Assembly (NCBI GenBank): GCA_963807165.1
Contig: CAWDZM010000004.1
Location: 2,670 to 66,669, forward strand
Source of the DNA: an uncultured bacterium
GTDB lineage: Bacteria; Patescibacteriota; Minisyncoccia; UBA6257; 2-01-FULL-56-20
Length of the DNA stretch: 64,000 nt
Direction: 5' to 3'
Shown here: positions 1-9,628 of the stretch, piece by piece
Layout: each line of letters opens with the position of its first letter
How positions within the stretch are numbered: the first letter of the stretch is position 1
Notes under the pieces: model-generated
What the model saw: only the letters and a program-made list of their open reading frames with translations
Told to the model about the DNA's origin: nothing
The model's database searches: none
Program-made: the position numbers and the translations under genes

Positions 1-483
1 AAAAAGGATCAATCAGAAGAAGGAATAAGATTGATTCAAACTGGCAACGTTGGCAATGGTTTTTTTAAGGATAGAGCAGAAAAAGCACGTTATATCTCCG
101 AGAAGACGTTTACGGGCAAGCCGAGGAAAAAGAGCAGGCCGGAAATATCATCAATCGGCGTTGTGTAGGGGAGAGTGATCGGGCCGTAATAGCTGAAGGA
201 TTGGATACGATATACGCCAAAAACGGCAAGACCGATTGCCCCGATGCCGCTCAAAAGAGCGCCATAGCGGAAGTGTTTTGAGGTAAAAAGATGATGCCAC
301 ATAATGCCTTTATTTTAGCAGAAAATAAAATGGCGCCACTGTGTGCGCCGGTAATCTATAATACGCTTGGTAACGTGCGCCATAATCAGATGGCTGCGCG
401 TTCGCGCAAGCGTATTATAGCGGTTGCGGATACCAAAAGTCCAGCGGTTGCCGCCGAAGGGTAAAAGTTGTACAATCAAAGCA

Positions 484-1665
484 ATGAATATTAAGGGTCG
501 AGGGGGATCGGCGGCGCTCGTTATTGCATTAATCGCCGTGGTCGCTTTGGCGATCGCAGGAGGCGTCGCTTGGATGCATTATGATTATTTGCCACACACG
601 GCAGATGAACAGTCGGCATCTTCAACGGTGAATACCGCCAATACCACTAACGTTGGAATGACGGCAACTTCTACACCTGTTCTAGGCAAAATATCGCCAT
701 CAAGCGGGCCAGTGGGAACGGTCGTAACGTTAATGGGAACCGGCTTTACTTCTTCGACGATGAAAGTTATTGATAATAAAAATGCTCCTTCTTATAGCGT
801 TCAAGAGCCGGAACTTAATAGCATATCCTTCGGGAATGATTTGGTTGTCCCGTGGGCGGCCACTTCCACCGACGGCAACACATTAACCTTTACCGTTCCG
901 CAAGGATTTTCCGATCTCGCTAGATTTTGCGAACCAGATTATTCCTATTGCGCCACAGGAGCTCTCACGCATGCTACAGCATCGGGGACTTATCAAATTG
1001 CCGTTGAAAATGCGAACGGTACGAGTAATGCGCTCCCATTCACCATTACTTCGCCCTTCCCTGTAAATCCAGCGAGCGCATTATATGCCGTCTCAGACGT
1101 TGACCCGCCTCAATCTCCGGCAGATGGAATTTCAACCACAACGGTTAATGGCTTTTTTGGAAGCGATCCAATTATCAAATTAACTAATACTTCGAATATC
1201 AGCATCACGATCCAACCCGTCTCAACGAGCCCAGCTGCCGTTGTCTTTTCTGTTCCCGCCTCAACTCCTGCGGGTTATTATTATTTAACGGTATACTCAA
1301 AATCAGATCCAAAAAATATTAGCTCACCGGTCAATTTTTCTGTCCTTTCTACATCTCGCCCTTATATCACGGTTATATCACCCGTTTTTACAACATATTA
1401 CATCGGTAGCACCATGACAGTTCAGTGGAAAGGATCTGGCCTTTCTAAAGTTTCAGCAACTCTCGTGCCGCCATTAGGAATGAGCGGGCCCCAATATACT
1501 ATCTTTTCAAATATTAATGCCAGCGTTGGTTCATACACATGGACTATACCGAGTAATATTCCTACAGGGAATTATCAAGTCTCGATTAGTGATGGCGTAA
1601 TTAACAATTCGAGCGAATCCTTCACGATATTATCACAGGGGGAATCGCCGATGCAGGCTCCATAA
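484..1665 (+). CDS. Hypothetical membrane-anchored Ser/Thr-rich beta-rich (Ig/TIG-like repeat) surface protein; alternative upstream start at 424
   Basis: Long ORF with N-terminal hydrophobic helix (ALVIALIAVVALAIAGG) followed by Thr/Ser-rich beta-strand-like repeats; no catalytic motif recognised. Confidence 0.4.
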   Translation: MNIKGRGGSAALVIALIAVVALAIAGGVAWMHYDYLPHTADEQSASSTVNTANTTNVGMTATSTPVLGKISPSSGPVGTVVTLMGTGFTSSTMKVIDNKNAPSYSVQEPELNSISFGNDLVVPWAATSTDGNTLTFTVPQGFSDLARFCEPDYSYCATGALTHATASGTYQIAVENANGTSNALPFTITSPFPVNPASALYAVSDVDPPQSPADGISTTTVNGFFGSDPIIKLTNTSNISITIQPVSTSPAAVVFSVPASTPAGYYYLTVYSKSDPKNISSPVNFSVLSTSRPYITVISPVFTTYYIGSTMTVQWKGSGLSKVSATLVPPLGMSGPQYTIFSNINASVGSYTWTIPSNIPTGNYQVSISDGVINNSSESFTILSQGESPMQAP

Positions 1666-1670
1666 AAAGA

Positions 1671-2318
1671 ATGGATGGATCAGCGATCTCACCTTCAATA
1701 GGTTATATTTTTGCAGGGGTTTATTTGCTTATTGGGGCAGTAATTTTATGGCGAGGATTTTATCAAAAGAATCCTGATTTTGCGATGAGTTTTTGGGATG
1801 TCGCCACACTCATATATGCCGGATTAGCAATTTCGGTATTTGTGCCATATCTCATTATTTTTGTTGCATTTTTTCTTTCGGCTTTTCTTTATGTTGTTCC
1901 GGTACCCTTTTATCTCATGCCGTCATCAACTGGTCTTACGGGACAAGAGGGTTTGAATAACGCTTTCAGTGGTGCGACGACTCTTGCCATAATCGCCACC
2001 GTCTTGGTTGTGTTTTCTTTTATCGCATTAAAAAAAGTTAGAAAAGAAAAATTGTGGTCAGTACCCCTCTTTATTATCGGAGGCTTTGCCGTTATTACGG
2101 CGATTATAAATTATTTTTATCTTTGCGGAGCTGAGGCTGCACAAAACTATCCTTTTCCAAAGGCATGCAGCCCGTGGATCATTTCCTTCAACACTGCTAG
2201 CTTAGTATTTGCTGGAGTATTATTTTTGAGCACCGTGATCATCTATCTTTATTCGCCTAAAAATAGTTCGATTATTACAGAAGAGAAAACACTAGATGCA
2301 CATCGCGTAGATCTTTAA
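1671..2318 (+). CDS. Hypothetical polytopic membrane protein
   Basis: 215-aa ORF with about six hydrophobic helices; follows the previous ORF after a 5-nt gap. Confidence 0.4.
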   Translation: MDGSAISPSIGYIFAGVYLLIGAVILWRGFYQKNPDFAMSFWDVATLIYAGLAISVFVPYLIIFVAFFLSAFLYVVPVPFYLMPSSTGLTGQEGLNNAFSGATTLAIIATVLVVFSFIALKKVRKEKLWSVPLFIIGGFAVITAIINYFYLCGAEAAQNYPFPKACSPWIISFNTASLVFAGVLFLSTVIIYLYSPKNSSIITEEKTLDAHRVDL

Positions 2319-2452
2319 GAATGAGCCAATAATTAAGCATTTTGCAGCGCTACTAGGGTTCCAACTTCGTCCCACAACCGCAACACACAAGTCTATAAGT
2401 ATCGAGCTAAGCCCGACTCCCGTCAGGTGGTTTTTCGTGCTATCGTTGAGCT

Positions 2453-2881
2453 ATGAAAGAAACCGATCAAGATAAAAAGAGCACCGAAATGAGCACGAAA
2501 GCAACGCTTTCGATGCTTTGGATATTCTTACTTTTTAATTATATTTATTGCGATCTTTTCACTGCATTTGATCCTACGATACTGAAATCACTAGTAACGA
2601 CAGGATCTTCGGGTGGGTTTGAATTCACCCAGATTTTTTTATTTGGATTCTCCATAATCATGGAAATTCCAATTGCCATGGTCTTATTATCCCGCATATT
2701 GAAACCTAGAGCGAACCGTTGGGCGAATATCATTGCGGGTATAATAATGGCCGCTGTTCAAGTAGCTTCACTTTTTGGTTCGCCTACGATGTATTATATA
2801 TTTTTCAGTATTATAGAAATCGTCTGTCTTTTCTGGATTATTTGGTCTGCTTGGAAATGGCACGATCCTATCGATAGCTAG
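2453..2881 (+). CDS. Hypothetical small membrane protein
   Basis: 142-aa ORF with four predicted TM helices. Confidence 0.35.
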   Translation: MKETDQDKKSTEMSTKATLSMLWIFLLFNYIYCDLFTAFDPTILKSLVTTGSSGGFEFTQIFLFGFSIIMEIPIAMVLLSRILKPRANRWANIIAGIIMAAVQVASLFGSPTMYYIFFSIIEIVCLFWIIWSAWKWHDPIDS

Positions 2882-2953
2882 CGGCGCAGATATTTGTCTC
2901 CCAGTAGAGAAAAGAGTAGAGAGATTTGTTCGACTGGTTATGGAAAGAATTTT

Positions 2954-3922
2954 TTATCGTAGTCCCCAACTACACAAGGCAAAGAATGCTATTCCAACAA
3001 GCGTACTCCCGATAATAAGATATTCAGCCCGGCGGATTTGGCGGGGAGAAAGTGGAGTGGCGATCGCGCCGACGGGCGGGATGGTCGGCGTGGGGGATGG
3101 TGCGCCATTGAAAGAATTCATGCCGCCGAGGGTGACGCGAAGTGCCCCAGCGAACGCACAGATCCCGATGCCGCCATTCGGACTTTCGCCGGTCTGGCTA
3201 TATTTGAAAACAGTTCGCCATGCCGCCACTACGTCATAACGGAGTATCGCCGCGCCAACAAAGACAAACAGGAACGCGATACGCGCAGGAATATAATTCA
3301 AAACATCATCAAGTCGCGCGGCACACCAACCGAATTTGAGATAGCGTTCGGATTTATAGCCGATCATCGAATCGAGTGTGTTTGCAGTTTTATAAAGAAC
3401 GATACCGGGCATGCCGAAAAGAAATGCATAAAAAAGTGGCGCGATGACAGCATCATTCAAATTTTCGGAAAGCGATTCGATCGTGCCGCGGATGACGTCG
3501 GACTCGTGGAGTGTGTTGGTATCACGGCTCACAATCCATGAGAGATGTTTTCGCGCGGAGGCGATATTATTTTTTACCAAATCTTTTCGCACGCATTCGC
3601 CCGCATCAATGAGCGATCGGAACGCAAGACAAAAATAGATGATGATTGCGGCCCATATCCATCCGAGCATGGGCGCTACGTGAAAGAGCAAGAAAAAAAT
3701 GTCAGTCGTCACGCCCACCGTGATCGCGATCACGCCGATCACCAACACAACGCCGCCAAGCCGCTTTGGCAGGCGAGTATTATAGAGCGCGGCTTCTCCT
3801 TTCTTTATAATCCACCCAACAAAACGGATGGGGTGGTATTTTGTCTCCGGGTCGCCTATAATCACGTCCAGCATGAAAGCAGAAAGAATCAAGAGAATCG
3901 GAGGGAATAGGAAGTGGATCAT
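2954..3922 (-). CDS. cobD: Adenosylcobinamide-phosphate synthase CobD/CbiB family
   Basis: N-terminal LDVIIGDPETKYHPIRFVGW matches the CobD/CbiB signature (GDP....HPV/IR..G); polytopic membrane protein of about 320 aa. Confidence 0.6.
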   Translation of the reverse strand: MIHFLFPPILLILSAFMLDVIIGDPETKYHPIRFVGWIIKKGEAALYNTRLPKRLGGVVLVIGVIAITVGVTTDIFFLLFHVAPMLGWIWAAIIIYFCLAFRSLIDAGECVRKDLVKNNIASARKHLSWIVSRDTNTLHESDVIRGTIESLSENLNDAVIAPLFYAFLFGMPGIVLYKTANTLDSMIGYKSERYLKFGWCAARLDDVLNYIPARIAFLFVFVGAAILRYDVVAAWRTVFKYSQTGESPNGGIGICAFAGALRVTLGGMNSFNGAPSPTPTIPPVGAIATPLSPRQIRRAEYLIIGSTLVGIAFFALCSWGLR

Positions 3923-4585
3923 TTTTCTTCATTATCCGAGCAATGGCTGAAAAACGCCTTAATCATCGGTATTCCTGAAAGCGCATTTCCTTTTCCCCGT
4001 GCGGTTTCCTGGGCGGTGCACGGCGGCGGTTTTACCATTCCTCGCATTATCGTCAATCATAGCATTGACGCCAATGAGTGGGTAGAAGATTGGAGGGCCT
4101 ACGCGGCATCGTTCGTCGAAAAGGAGGGATTGCCGAAGGAGGGCGTTGTTATGCTGACGTCGGTTCCTCAGCGATTTCAAAGCAGCGTCGACCGGCATTC
4201 TATTACCAGCACATTTGCCGTACGAACCTATGCGACGGTTGGATTGGGCAATGCACTTGCCGCGGGGGATCCCGCCAACGGGATACCAAAGAAATTCGGC
4301 ACGATCAATCTGATCATCGTCGTGGCGGGTACACTTTCCGCGGAAGCCTGCCTTGAGTGCATCAGTATTGTAACGCAGGCAAAGACACGATTCCTTCGCG
4401 AGAAGGGTATTGTCAGTGTGGTCTCCGGGGAAATTGCAACAGGAACTGGAACAGATTGCGTCGCCGTTATTTCTCTCGGTGTCGGAGAAAATATCGATTA
4501 CGTTGGCAGCCACACGGAAGTTGGTTCACTTATCGCGCGTTCAGTGATGGATGCGATGAAAAAAAGCTTTAACCTCCGTTTTTAA
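3914..4585 (+). CDS. Hypothetical protein, possibly CbiZ-like (adenosylcobinamide amidohydrolase family); assignment tentative
   Basis: 223-aa ORF divergently overlapping the cobD start; size and context fit cobinamide salvage; Gly-rich GEIATGTGTDCVAV segment; no firm motif. Confidence 0.3.
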   Translation: MDHFSSLSEQWLKNALIIGIPESAFPFPRAVSWAVHGGGFTIPRIIVNHSIDANEWVEDWRAYAASFVEKEGLPKEGVVMLTSVPQRFQSSVDRHSITSTFAVRTYATVGLGNALAAGDPANGIPKKFGTINLIIVVAGTLSAEACLECISIVTQAKTRFLREKGIVSVVSGEIATGTGTDCVAVISLGVGENIDYVGSHTEVGSLIARSVMDAMKKSFNLRF

Positions 4586-4692
4586 GGGTCTATGGGTAAC
4601 ACTCACGGACTCTTTTTATTTTGATTGGTATGTTGCGCACTTGCCACCTGCCTCATAAAGGAATATAAAAGTGATAGGAAGGAGATTTTTTT

Positions 4693-5268
4693 ATGAGGAT
4701 ATATCCCGGCTATTCCATCGAGCAGAATCCTGCGATCAACTGCCCACCGGAATTGTTCGGGCAATTGATTGCGATCCCCGTCCGGTTCGCAGCATTTTGG
4801 AGCGGAGTGAGAACGAGGGTCAGGGGCAAAGGCATCATCGAAGTACATCGCGATCTTGCCGATGACGTGGAGGAGCTCTTTCAGTTCATACTGGACGAGC
4901 AGTTTCCACTCTCATCCGTGATACCCATCGCCCGCTTTGATTGGAACGATGAACGCTCCATGTCGGCAAACAACACATCCGGATTCAACTGTCGAATGAT
5001 CGTCGGCACGAAACGATTGTCCAAGCACGCCTTCGGTCGCGCGATCGACATTAACCCATGGCTCAACCCGTGCATTCAGGACGGAATTGCACAACCTCTC
5101 GGAGCGGTCTACGATCCATCGCGTTCAGGAACGCTCACGGCGGATTCGCGCGTCACAAAATTCCTCAAGGCGCGTGGTTGGACCTGGGGAGGGGATTGGA
5201 CATCGCTCAAGGATTATCAACACTTTGAGAAACCAGAGCTACAACCAAACGAGGGTCTGTCGCAGTAA
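4693..5268 (+). CDS. M15 family zinc peptidase (VanY / D,D-carboxypeptidase-like, LAS superfamily)
   Basis: SKHAFGRAIDINP matches the SxHxxGxAxD zinc-binding motif of M15/LAS peptidases; GGAGG-like RBS upstream. Confidence 0.6.
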   Translation: MRIYPGYSIEQNPAINCPPELFGQLIAIPVRFAAFWSGVRTRVRGKGIIEVHRDLADDVEELFQFILDEQFPLSSVIPIARFDWNDERSMSANNTSGFNCRMIVGTKRLSKHAFGRAIDINPWLNPCIQDGIAQPLGAVYDPSRSGTLTADSRVTKFLKARGWTWGGDWTSLKDYQHFEKPELQPNEGLSQ

Positions 5269-5349
5269 TGCGTAGGACCCCATTTTTTTAAAAATGACCG
5301 TCGCTGTAACTTTCTCTCACCGAAGACGGCATTATGTATATCCATTACT

Positions 5350-5784
5350 ATGAAATTTTTCATTGCCTCGCCGTGGCAAAACACGGATCTGGTGAAAAGC
5401 CTGTCAGTTGCCTTGACCACCCGCGACCACACGGTATATTCATTCCTCGATAACGGTGCCAATGTCGTTGGCGGCGCTCCTGCTATCGAAGAGTCCGAAG
5501 AAGATGTTCCGAACGCCATATCAAACTGGGAAAACAATCCGGCGGTCAAGGAGATTTTTGAATCCGATATGAAGGCATTAAAGGAAAGCGACGTGGTGAT
5601 TCTTTTGGAGCCATCGGGGCGGTCCTCCTTGGCAGAGGCGGGCATTGCATATGGAATGGGCAAAGAGATCGTACTCGTCGGCCGCGTCGCCCATCCTACC
5701 ATCGTCGTCTATAGCATCTGTAAAAATCGTTATGCAACCGTCGATGAATTTTTGGTAAGCCTTGGCAGTGTTGCGGCACAATAA
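5350..5784 (+). CDS. Nucleoside 2-deoxyribosyltransferase-like family protein
   Basis: Rossmann-like 144-aa protein; DVVILLEP...SLAEAGIAYGMGKEIVLV resembles the NDT-family C-terminal signature. Confidence 0.4.
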   Translation: MKFFIASPWQNTDLVKSLSVALTTRDHTVYSFLDNGANVVGGAPAIEESEEDVPNAISNWENNPAVKEIFESDMKALKESDVVILLEPSGRSSLAEAGIAYGMGKEIVLVGRVAHPTIVVYSICKNRYATVDEFLVSLGSVAAQ

Positions 5785-5818
5785 ATCGCTGACTATAATA
5801 ATTTACATAAATAATCAC

Positions 5819-6858
5819 ATGATCAAAAAAATAATCTTCATCCAGATCTGCGCAGCGATGTTTGTGGTTCCTTTAGTATCTTTAGCAGCATCGGTGACGG
5901 CGGTGAGTGGCACTGCGGTTGGGTCGCTGCCGTGCTATCCGTTCAGCCATTCGCTTTCAGTTGGATCAACCGGCAGCGATGTCACGGCACTCCAGAATTT
6001 TCTTGCGGCGCAGGGAGATTTTAATGTTTCACCGACGGGTTACTTTGGGGTAATAACAAGGGCTGCGGTGGGTCGAGTGGCAGACGGCGAATGGCGTCGC
6101 GGCATCGGGCGCCGCCGGAAACGGTATCTTCGGTCCGTTGTCCCGTGCATATTTTGTGCGGTCGTGCGGAAATGGTGGTGGTAGTGGGGGCGGCGGAACG
6201 GGCGGCAGCAGCAGTACGGAAGTTTTTTCAGCCAATCCGCAAACGGGCATTGCGCCGCTCAGCTGTGCAATTCACTTCGACCGCACCGCAAGGAAGCGAT
6301 CTTGGGAGTTTGGTTAGCTTCGGTGACGGCGCGACGGGAACGCTTATGTTTGCTCCGGTATGTTCAAGTTGTAATGCGCTCGCCGTCGTTTCGCACACGT
6401 ATACCGCACCCGGCACCTATACCGCAACGTTGACCGACGGCGTCTGCGCTTGTCCTACGAACGGCATTTGCCATTGCCCCAACATGCAGATCCTTAGCAC
6501 GGCAACAGTTACCGTCAGACGTAACAAGCACTGCGCCGACATCCGACGCATCCAGCAATTGAACGCGCCTGGGAGCGTGACGCTCGCGCAGGGTGGCATC
6601 GCGGAGATCCGCAATGAAAGCACCTACTTTACTTTGCAAAGTGTTTCATCGTTATCGGCGACGATCCAGATCTCGCCGGTCGGATGCTGGAATTCGTTTC
6701 CGTCTGATCCGCTGCCAAGAGTTATTTGCATGATCGCCGTGGTTCGAATTCCGCCGCAGACGTTTACCGTGGGTCAAACGTACACTGGCGGAAATTATAT
6801 GATAACCCTTACACAATTGAGCGGCAGTACGGCAACGTTTTCGATAACGGCAAAATAA
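5819..6858 (+). pseudogene. Peptidoglycan-binding (PG_binding_1) - Gly-linker - PKD-domain secreted protein, split over three reading frames by two +1 frameshifts (near 6075 and 6270)
   Basis: Frame 2 gives signal peptide plus the first half of the PGBD (LQNFLAAQGDFNVSPTGYFGVITRAAVG). Frame 0 (6054-6298) gives the second half (WQTANGVAASGAAGNGIFGPLSRAYF) plus a Gly linker. Frame 1 gives a PKD domain (VQFTSTAPQGSDLGSLVSFGDGATGT...SHTYTAPGTYTATLT) and C-terminal domain. Confidence 0.5.
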
Positions 6859-6961
6859 AATAGATCGCGGCGATCAACTGGAGGGCACTCTCGGAAAATT
6901 GAAAATCCCTGCGATTTGTCATATAGTTATTTTGTTTTTCATACGCGCGATCGCGCGCAGC

Positions 6962-7034
6962 GCCGACGTAGCTCAGTGGTAGAGCAGGGCTTTCATAAGG
7001 CCAAGGTCGCAGGTTCGATCCCTGCCGTCGGCAC
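6962..7034 (+). tRNA. tRNA-Met (anticodon CAU); elongator Met or Ile2 (lysidine) type, not initiator-like (G1:C72 pair, no 3 G:C in anticodon stem)
   Basis: Cloverleaf GCCGACG/CGTCGGC acceptor, GCTC/GAGC D-stem, anticodon loop TTCATAA, T-arm GCAGG-TTCGATC-CCTGC; TTGAAA-N17-TATAGT promoter at 6891-6919. Confidence 0.8.
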
Positions 7035-7105
7035 AACTGTTTCAAGTAGTGAAATAATTTGCATTTTATATCTCTGTTTGCTTAAATTTCAAAAGAGGGA
7101 GACCG

Positions 7106-7423
7106 ATGATTCTTCTTTTGTTGTTGTGTTCAGGTATTGGATATCTTGCGCGATATCTCTATCGGGAAGAGATAGGGATGCGTCGGTATCTATCGGCTCT
7201 TGAGAACCATAACGATATGTATTTTCTTTATCTCCAACTCTTCGATGATCCATTCATCTCTTCGGAGAAGTGGAGGACGTGGCTTCCGATATTTGAATAT
7301 GCTGACCGCTGCCTGATTGCTACCCATGCGGGTGTCAAGCTGGAAGGTCAGGAGATCTTCAACTTGGGTGAGGCCGTCAGAAAGCAGATCGACAATCTTC
7401 CCTGCGGGGACTCACTGGTTTAG
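7106..7423 (+). CDS. Hypothetical protein
   Basis: 105-aa ORF, no recognisable domain. Confidence 0.25.
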   Translation: MILLLLLCSGIGYLARYLYREEIGMRRYLSALENHNDMYFLYLQLFDDPFISSEKWRTWLPIFEYADRCLIATHAGVKLEGQEIFNLGEAVRKQIDNLPCGDSLV

Positions 7424-7491
7424 TGAGTCTTTTTTTATGCGGGTAGCGGATGATTGCTCTGTGTCGCCCTTTTTGATACCATCACTATTAT

Positions 7492-8628
7492 ATGGAATAT
7501 GTGATTTCGACGGAGGAACAGAAGAAGATTTTGGCAACGGTAGATGCCCGCACGGATGCGGAGGCCCAGCGCATCAAGCGCTATCTTGCGATGCCGGATC
7601 TTTCGCGCACACCGGGCAGCCCGATCCATGAGATCGTGGCTCGGATCCTTGCGAGCGATTATTTCAAAGGACTCGATACGATAGAGACCCCGGAGATTGT
7701 TCCGGCAGACATTAGTTTCGACCTTTTTGATTTTCCTGCGGATCATCCTGCCAGGAGCAAGTCCGATACGTATTACGCCGACGACAAAAACATCCTTCGG
7801 ACCCACACCACGGTCATGTGGTATTACTATCTCAATCAGAGTGGCGTCAAGGAACGCATCGCGGAAAATAAACCCATCGGCGCTTTCAGCTTCGGCAAAG
7901 TGTACCGCAAGGATGAGATCGATCGGCGGCACATGAATGTGTTCCATCAGATCGATGGCTGGTATTTGGCGCCGAAGGCCGTGAGGACGATCGGTCAGGC
8001 GGACTTGGAGGAAGCGTTGAAGACCATCGCTCATGCCGTGTTCGGACCCGATGTGAAATATCGTTTGAATAAAGATACGTTCCCATACACAGATCCCAGT
8101 TTGGAAATGGAAGTAGAGGTTGATGGGAAATGGGTTGAGGTGCTCGGCTGCGGCGTGGTCAAGGGAAGTGTTTTGAAAAAGCTTGGCGTTGATCCGGATA
8201 ACTATACCGGTTGGGCGTTCGGGTTCGGCATCGAGCGGCTCGCTATTGTCAGCATGGAACTTCCGGACATCCGATTGCTATGGTCCGACGATCCGCGCGT
8301 GAAGAAGCAGCTCCGTCTCGGCACAAAGTTCGTGGAGGTCAGCAAATATCCGCCTATCATCCGCGACATTTCGTTCATCGTGCCGAAGACATTTGCGCCG
8401 AACGATTACTTTGATCTCGTGCGCGACATTGCGGGCGATCTTGTGGAGCAGGTGGAACTTATCGATGAATATGCGAATGACGCAAAGTTTGGCGCGGAAA
8501 AAAAGAGCTACGCGTATCGCATCACATACCGCTCAAGCGACCGCACTTTGACGAATGAGGAAGTGGACGTGTTGCACAAGAAGATAGAGGAGGGGACGGT
8601 GAAGGAATTCGGCGCGGTAGTGCGGTAG
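7492..8628 (+). CDS. pheS: Phenylalanyl-tRNA synthetase, monomeric mitochondrial-type (class II catalytic core plus C-terminal FDX-ACB anticodon-binding domain)
   Basis: PheS motifs FPADHPARSKSDTYY (motif 2 region) and GWAFGFGIERLAIV (motif 3). C-terminal KYPPIIRDISFIVPK...YFDLVRDIAGDLVEQVELIDEY...YAYRITYRSSDRTLTNEEV closely parallels the FDX-ACB domain of human FARS2. No pheT in window. Confidence 0.8.
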   Translation: MEYVISTEEQKKILATVDARTDAEAQRIKRYLAMPDLSRTPGSPIHEIVARILASDYFKGLDTIETPEIVPADISFDLFDFPADHPARSKSDTYYADDKNILRTHTTVMWYYYLNQSGVKERIAENKPIGAFSFGKVYRKDEIDRRHMNVFHQIDGWYLAPKAVRTIGQADLEEALKTIAHAVFGPDVKYRLNKDTFPYTDPSLEMEVEVDGKWVEVLGCGVVKGSVLKKLGVDPDNYTGWAFGFGIERLAIVSMELPDIRLLWSDDPRVKKQLRLGTKFVEVSKYPPIIRDISFIVPKTFAPNDYFDLVRDIAGDLVEQVELIDEYANDAKFGAEKKSYAYRITYRSSDRTLTNEEVDVLHKKIEEGTVKEFGAVVR

Positions 8629-8703
8629 GGCAGTATTCTGTTGCTGTTCCCACAGCCGCATGCTATAAGAAAAATAGTATCCTGCGAAAGCGAGGTGGTG
8701 GAA

Positions 8704-9564
8704 ATGAAAAGGGAAGCAAAGAGGCCGGTCATTGGTTGGGCGGCCCGTGCAGCCTTCCCGGTGCCATTGCCGCCTTTAACATGGGAGAATCGTGACTATC
8801 ATCTGAAGTCGGTGCTGCGTTGGGGAGCTTGGCCGGTGATGTTCTATCGCACCAATCTTTTCATTCATGAAAAACGGGTGAAGGCTTTGGCCATGAGGAA
8901 GGAATTTCTTTCTCTGGTTATGGAGCTTTATCCGGACTTCGATCCACGAAAAGCGTTTGCGTGCGCCGCTTATCATGATGATCTTGAACTGATCCCGAAG
9001 CTGGGGGATGTTTGTCTTCGCATCAAACTGATGATGAACGCGGAACAACTTTCGGAGCTCCAAAAAAAGGAAGTCCTCGCGGTCGAAGAGATCTGTCAAC
9101 GCTATGCCACGCGCGGTCGGCAACGGATGGTCGATGGATATCCTATTCGTGATCTTCTCATGCATGCCGTTCTCAAAGATTGCATGGAGTCCCAGTATGT
9201 TTCCGTGATCGACAAGATGGTGGACGGTTTCTGTGAGGCGTTGCACGATGCGCTTGCAGGGAACGCCGTGTTCACGGAAGGAGTGTACAACTACCTCACC
9301 CAGACGTGGAGCAAACTTCCGGAGAAATATCCTCTCATCGGGAAGATGTTTTCCGATCCGCGGAATCCGTTTGCGATGCCGACGTGCGATTTCCACTTGC
9401 TGTTCGACGGTGGGCGGCGACCTCCTCGGCCTCATGCTCCTGAAACGGTGGCAATCCCGACAGGAATCTCGATCTACGAACTATGGAAGCAGGTCACGAT
9501 CAATCTTTTTGGTATGGGTCCGTTGATTGATCAGACGGAACACTATCCAGTGGAAGATAAATGA
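8704..9564 (+). CDS. HD-domain phosphohydrolase (YfbR-like 5'-deoxynucleotidase family), tentative
   Basis: LRWGAWPV ... AAYHDDLELIPKLGDV matches the RW...HD..E..GD pattern of YfbR-type HD hydrolases; upstream start at 8641 possible; TGA stop. Confidence 0.4.
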   Translation: MKREAKRPVIGWAARAAFPVPLPPLTWENRDYHLKSVLRWGAWPVMFYRTNLFIHEKRVKALAMRKEFLSLVMELYPDFDPRKAFACAAYHDDLELIPKLGDVCLRIKLMMNAEQLSELQKKEVLAVEEICQRYATRGRQRMVDGYPIRDLLMHAVLKDCMESQYVSVIDKMVDGFCEALHDALAGNAVFTEGVYNYLTQTWSKLPEKYPLIGKMFSDPRNPFAMPTCDFHLLFDGGRRPPRPHAPETVAIPTGISIYELWKQVTINLFGMGPLIDQTEHYPVEDK

Positions 9565-9628
9565 TGTTTGACGGCCGGAGCGATGGGTATCGCTGCGGCC
9601 GTTTTTTTATTTTCCTGAATCGCATACA

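Noticed and set aside
6916-7203. ORF 6916-7203 (+) overlapping the tRNA-Met gene
   Set aside because: It reads through a canonical tRNA cloverleaf and is spurious.
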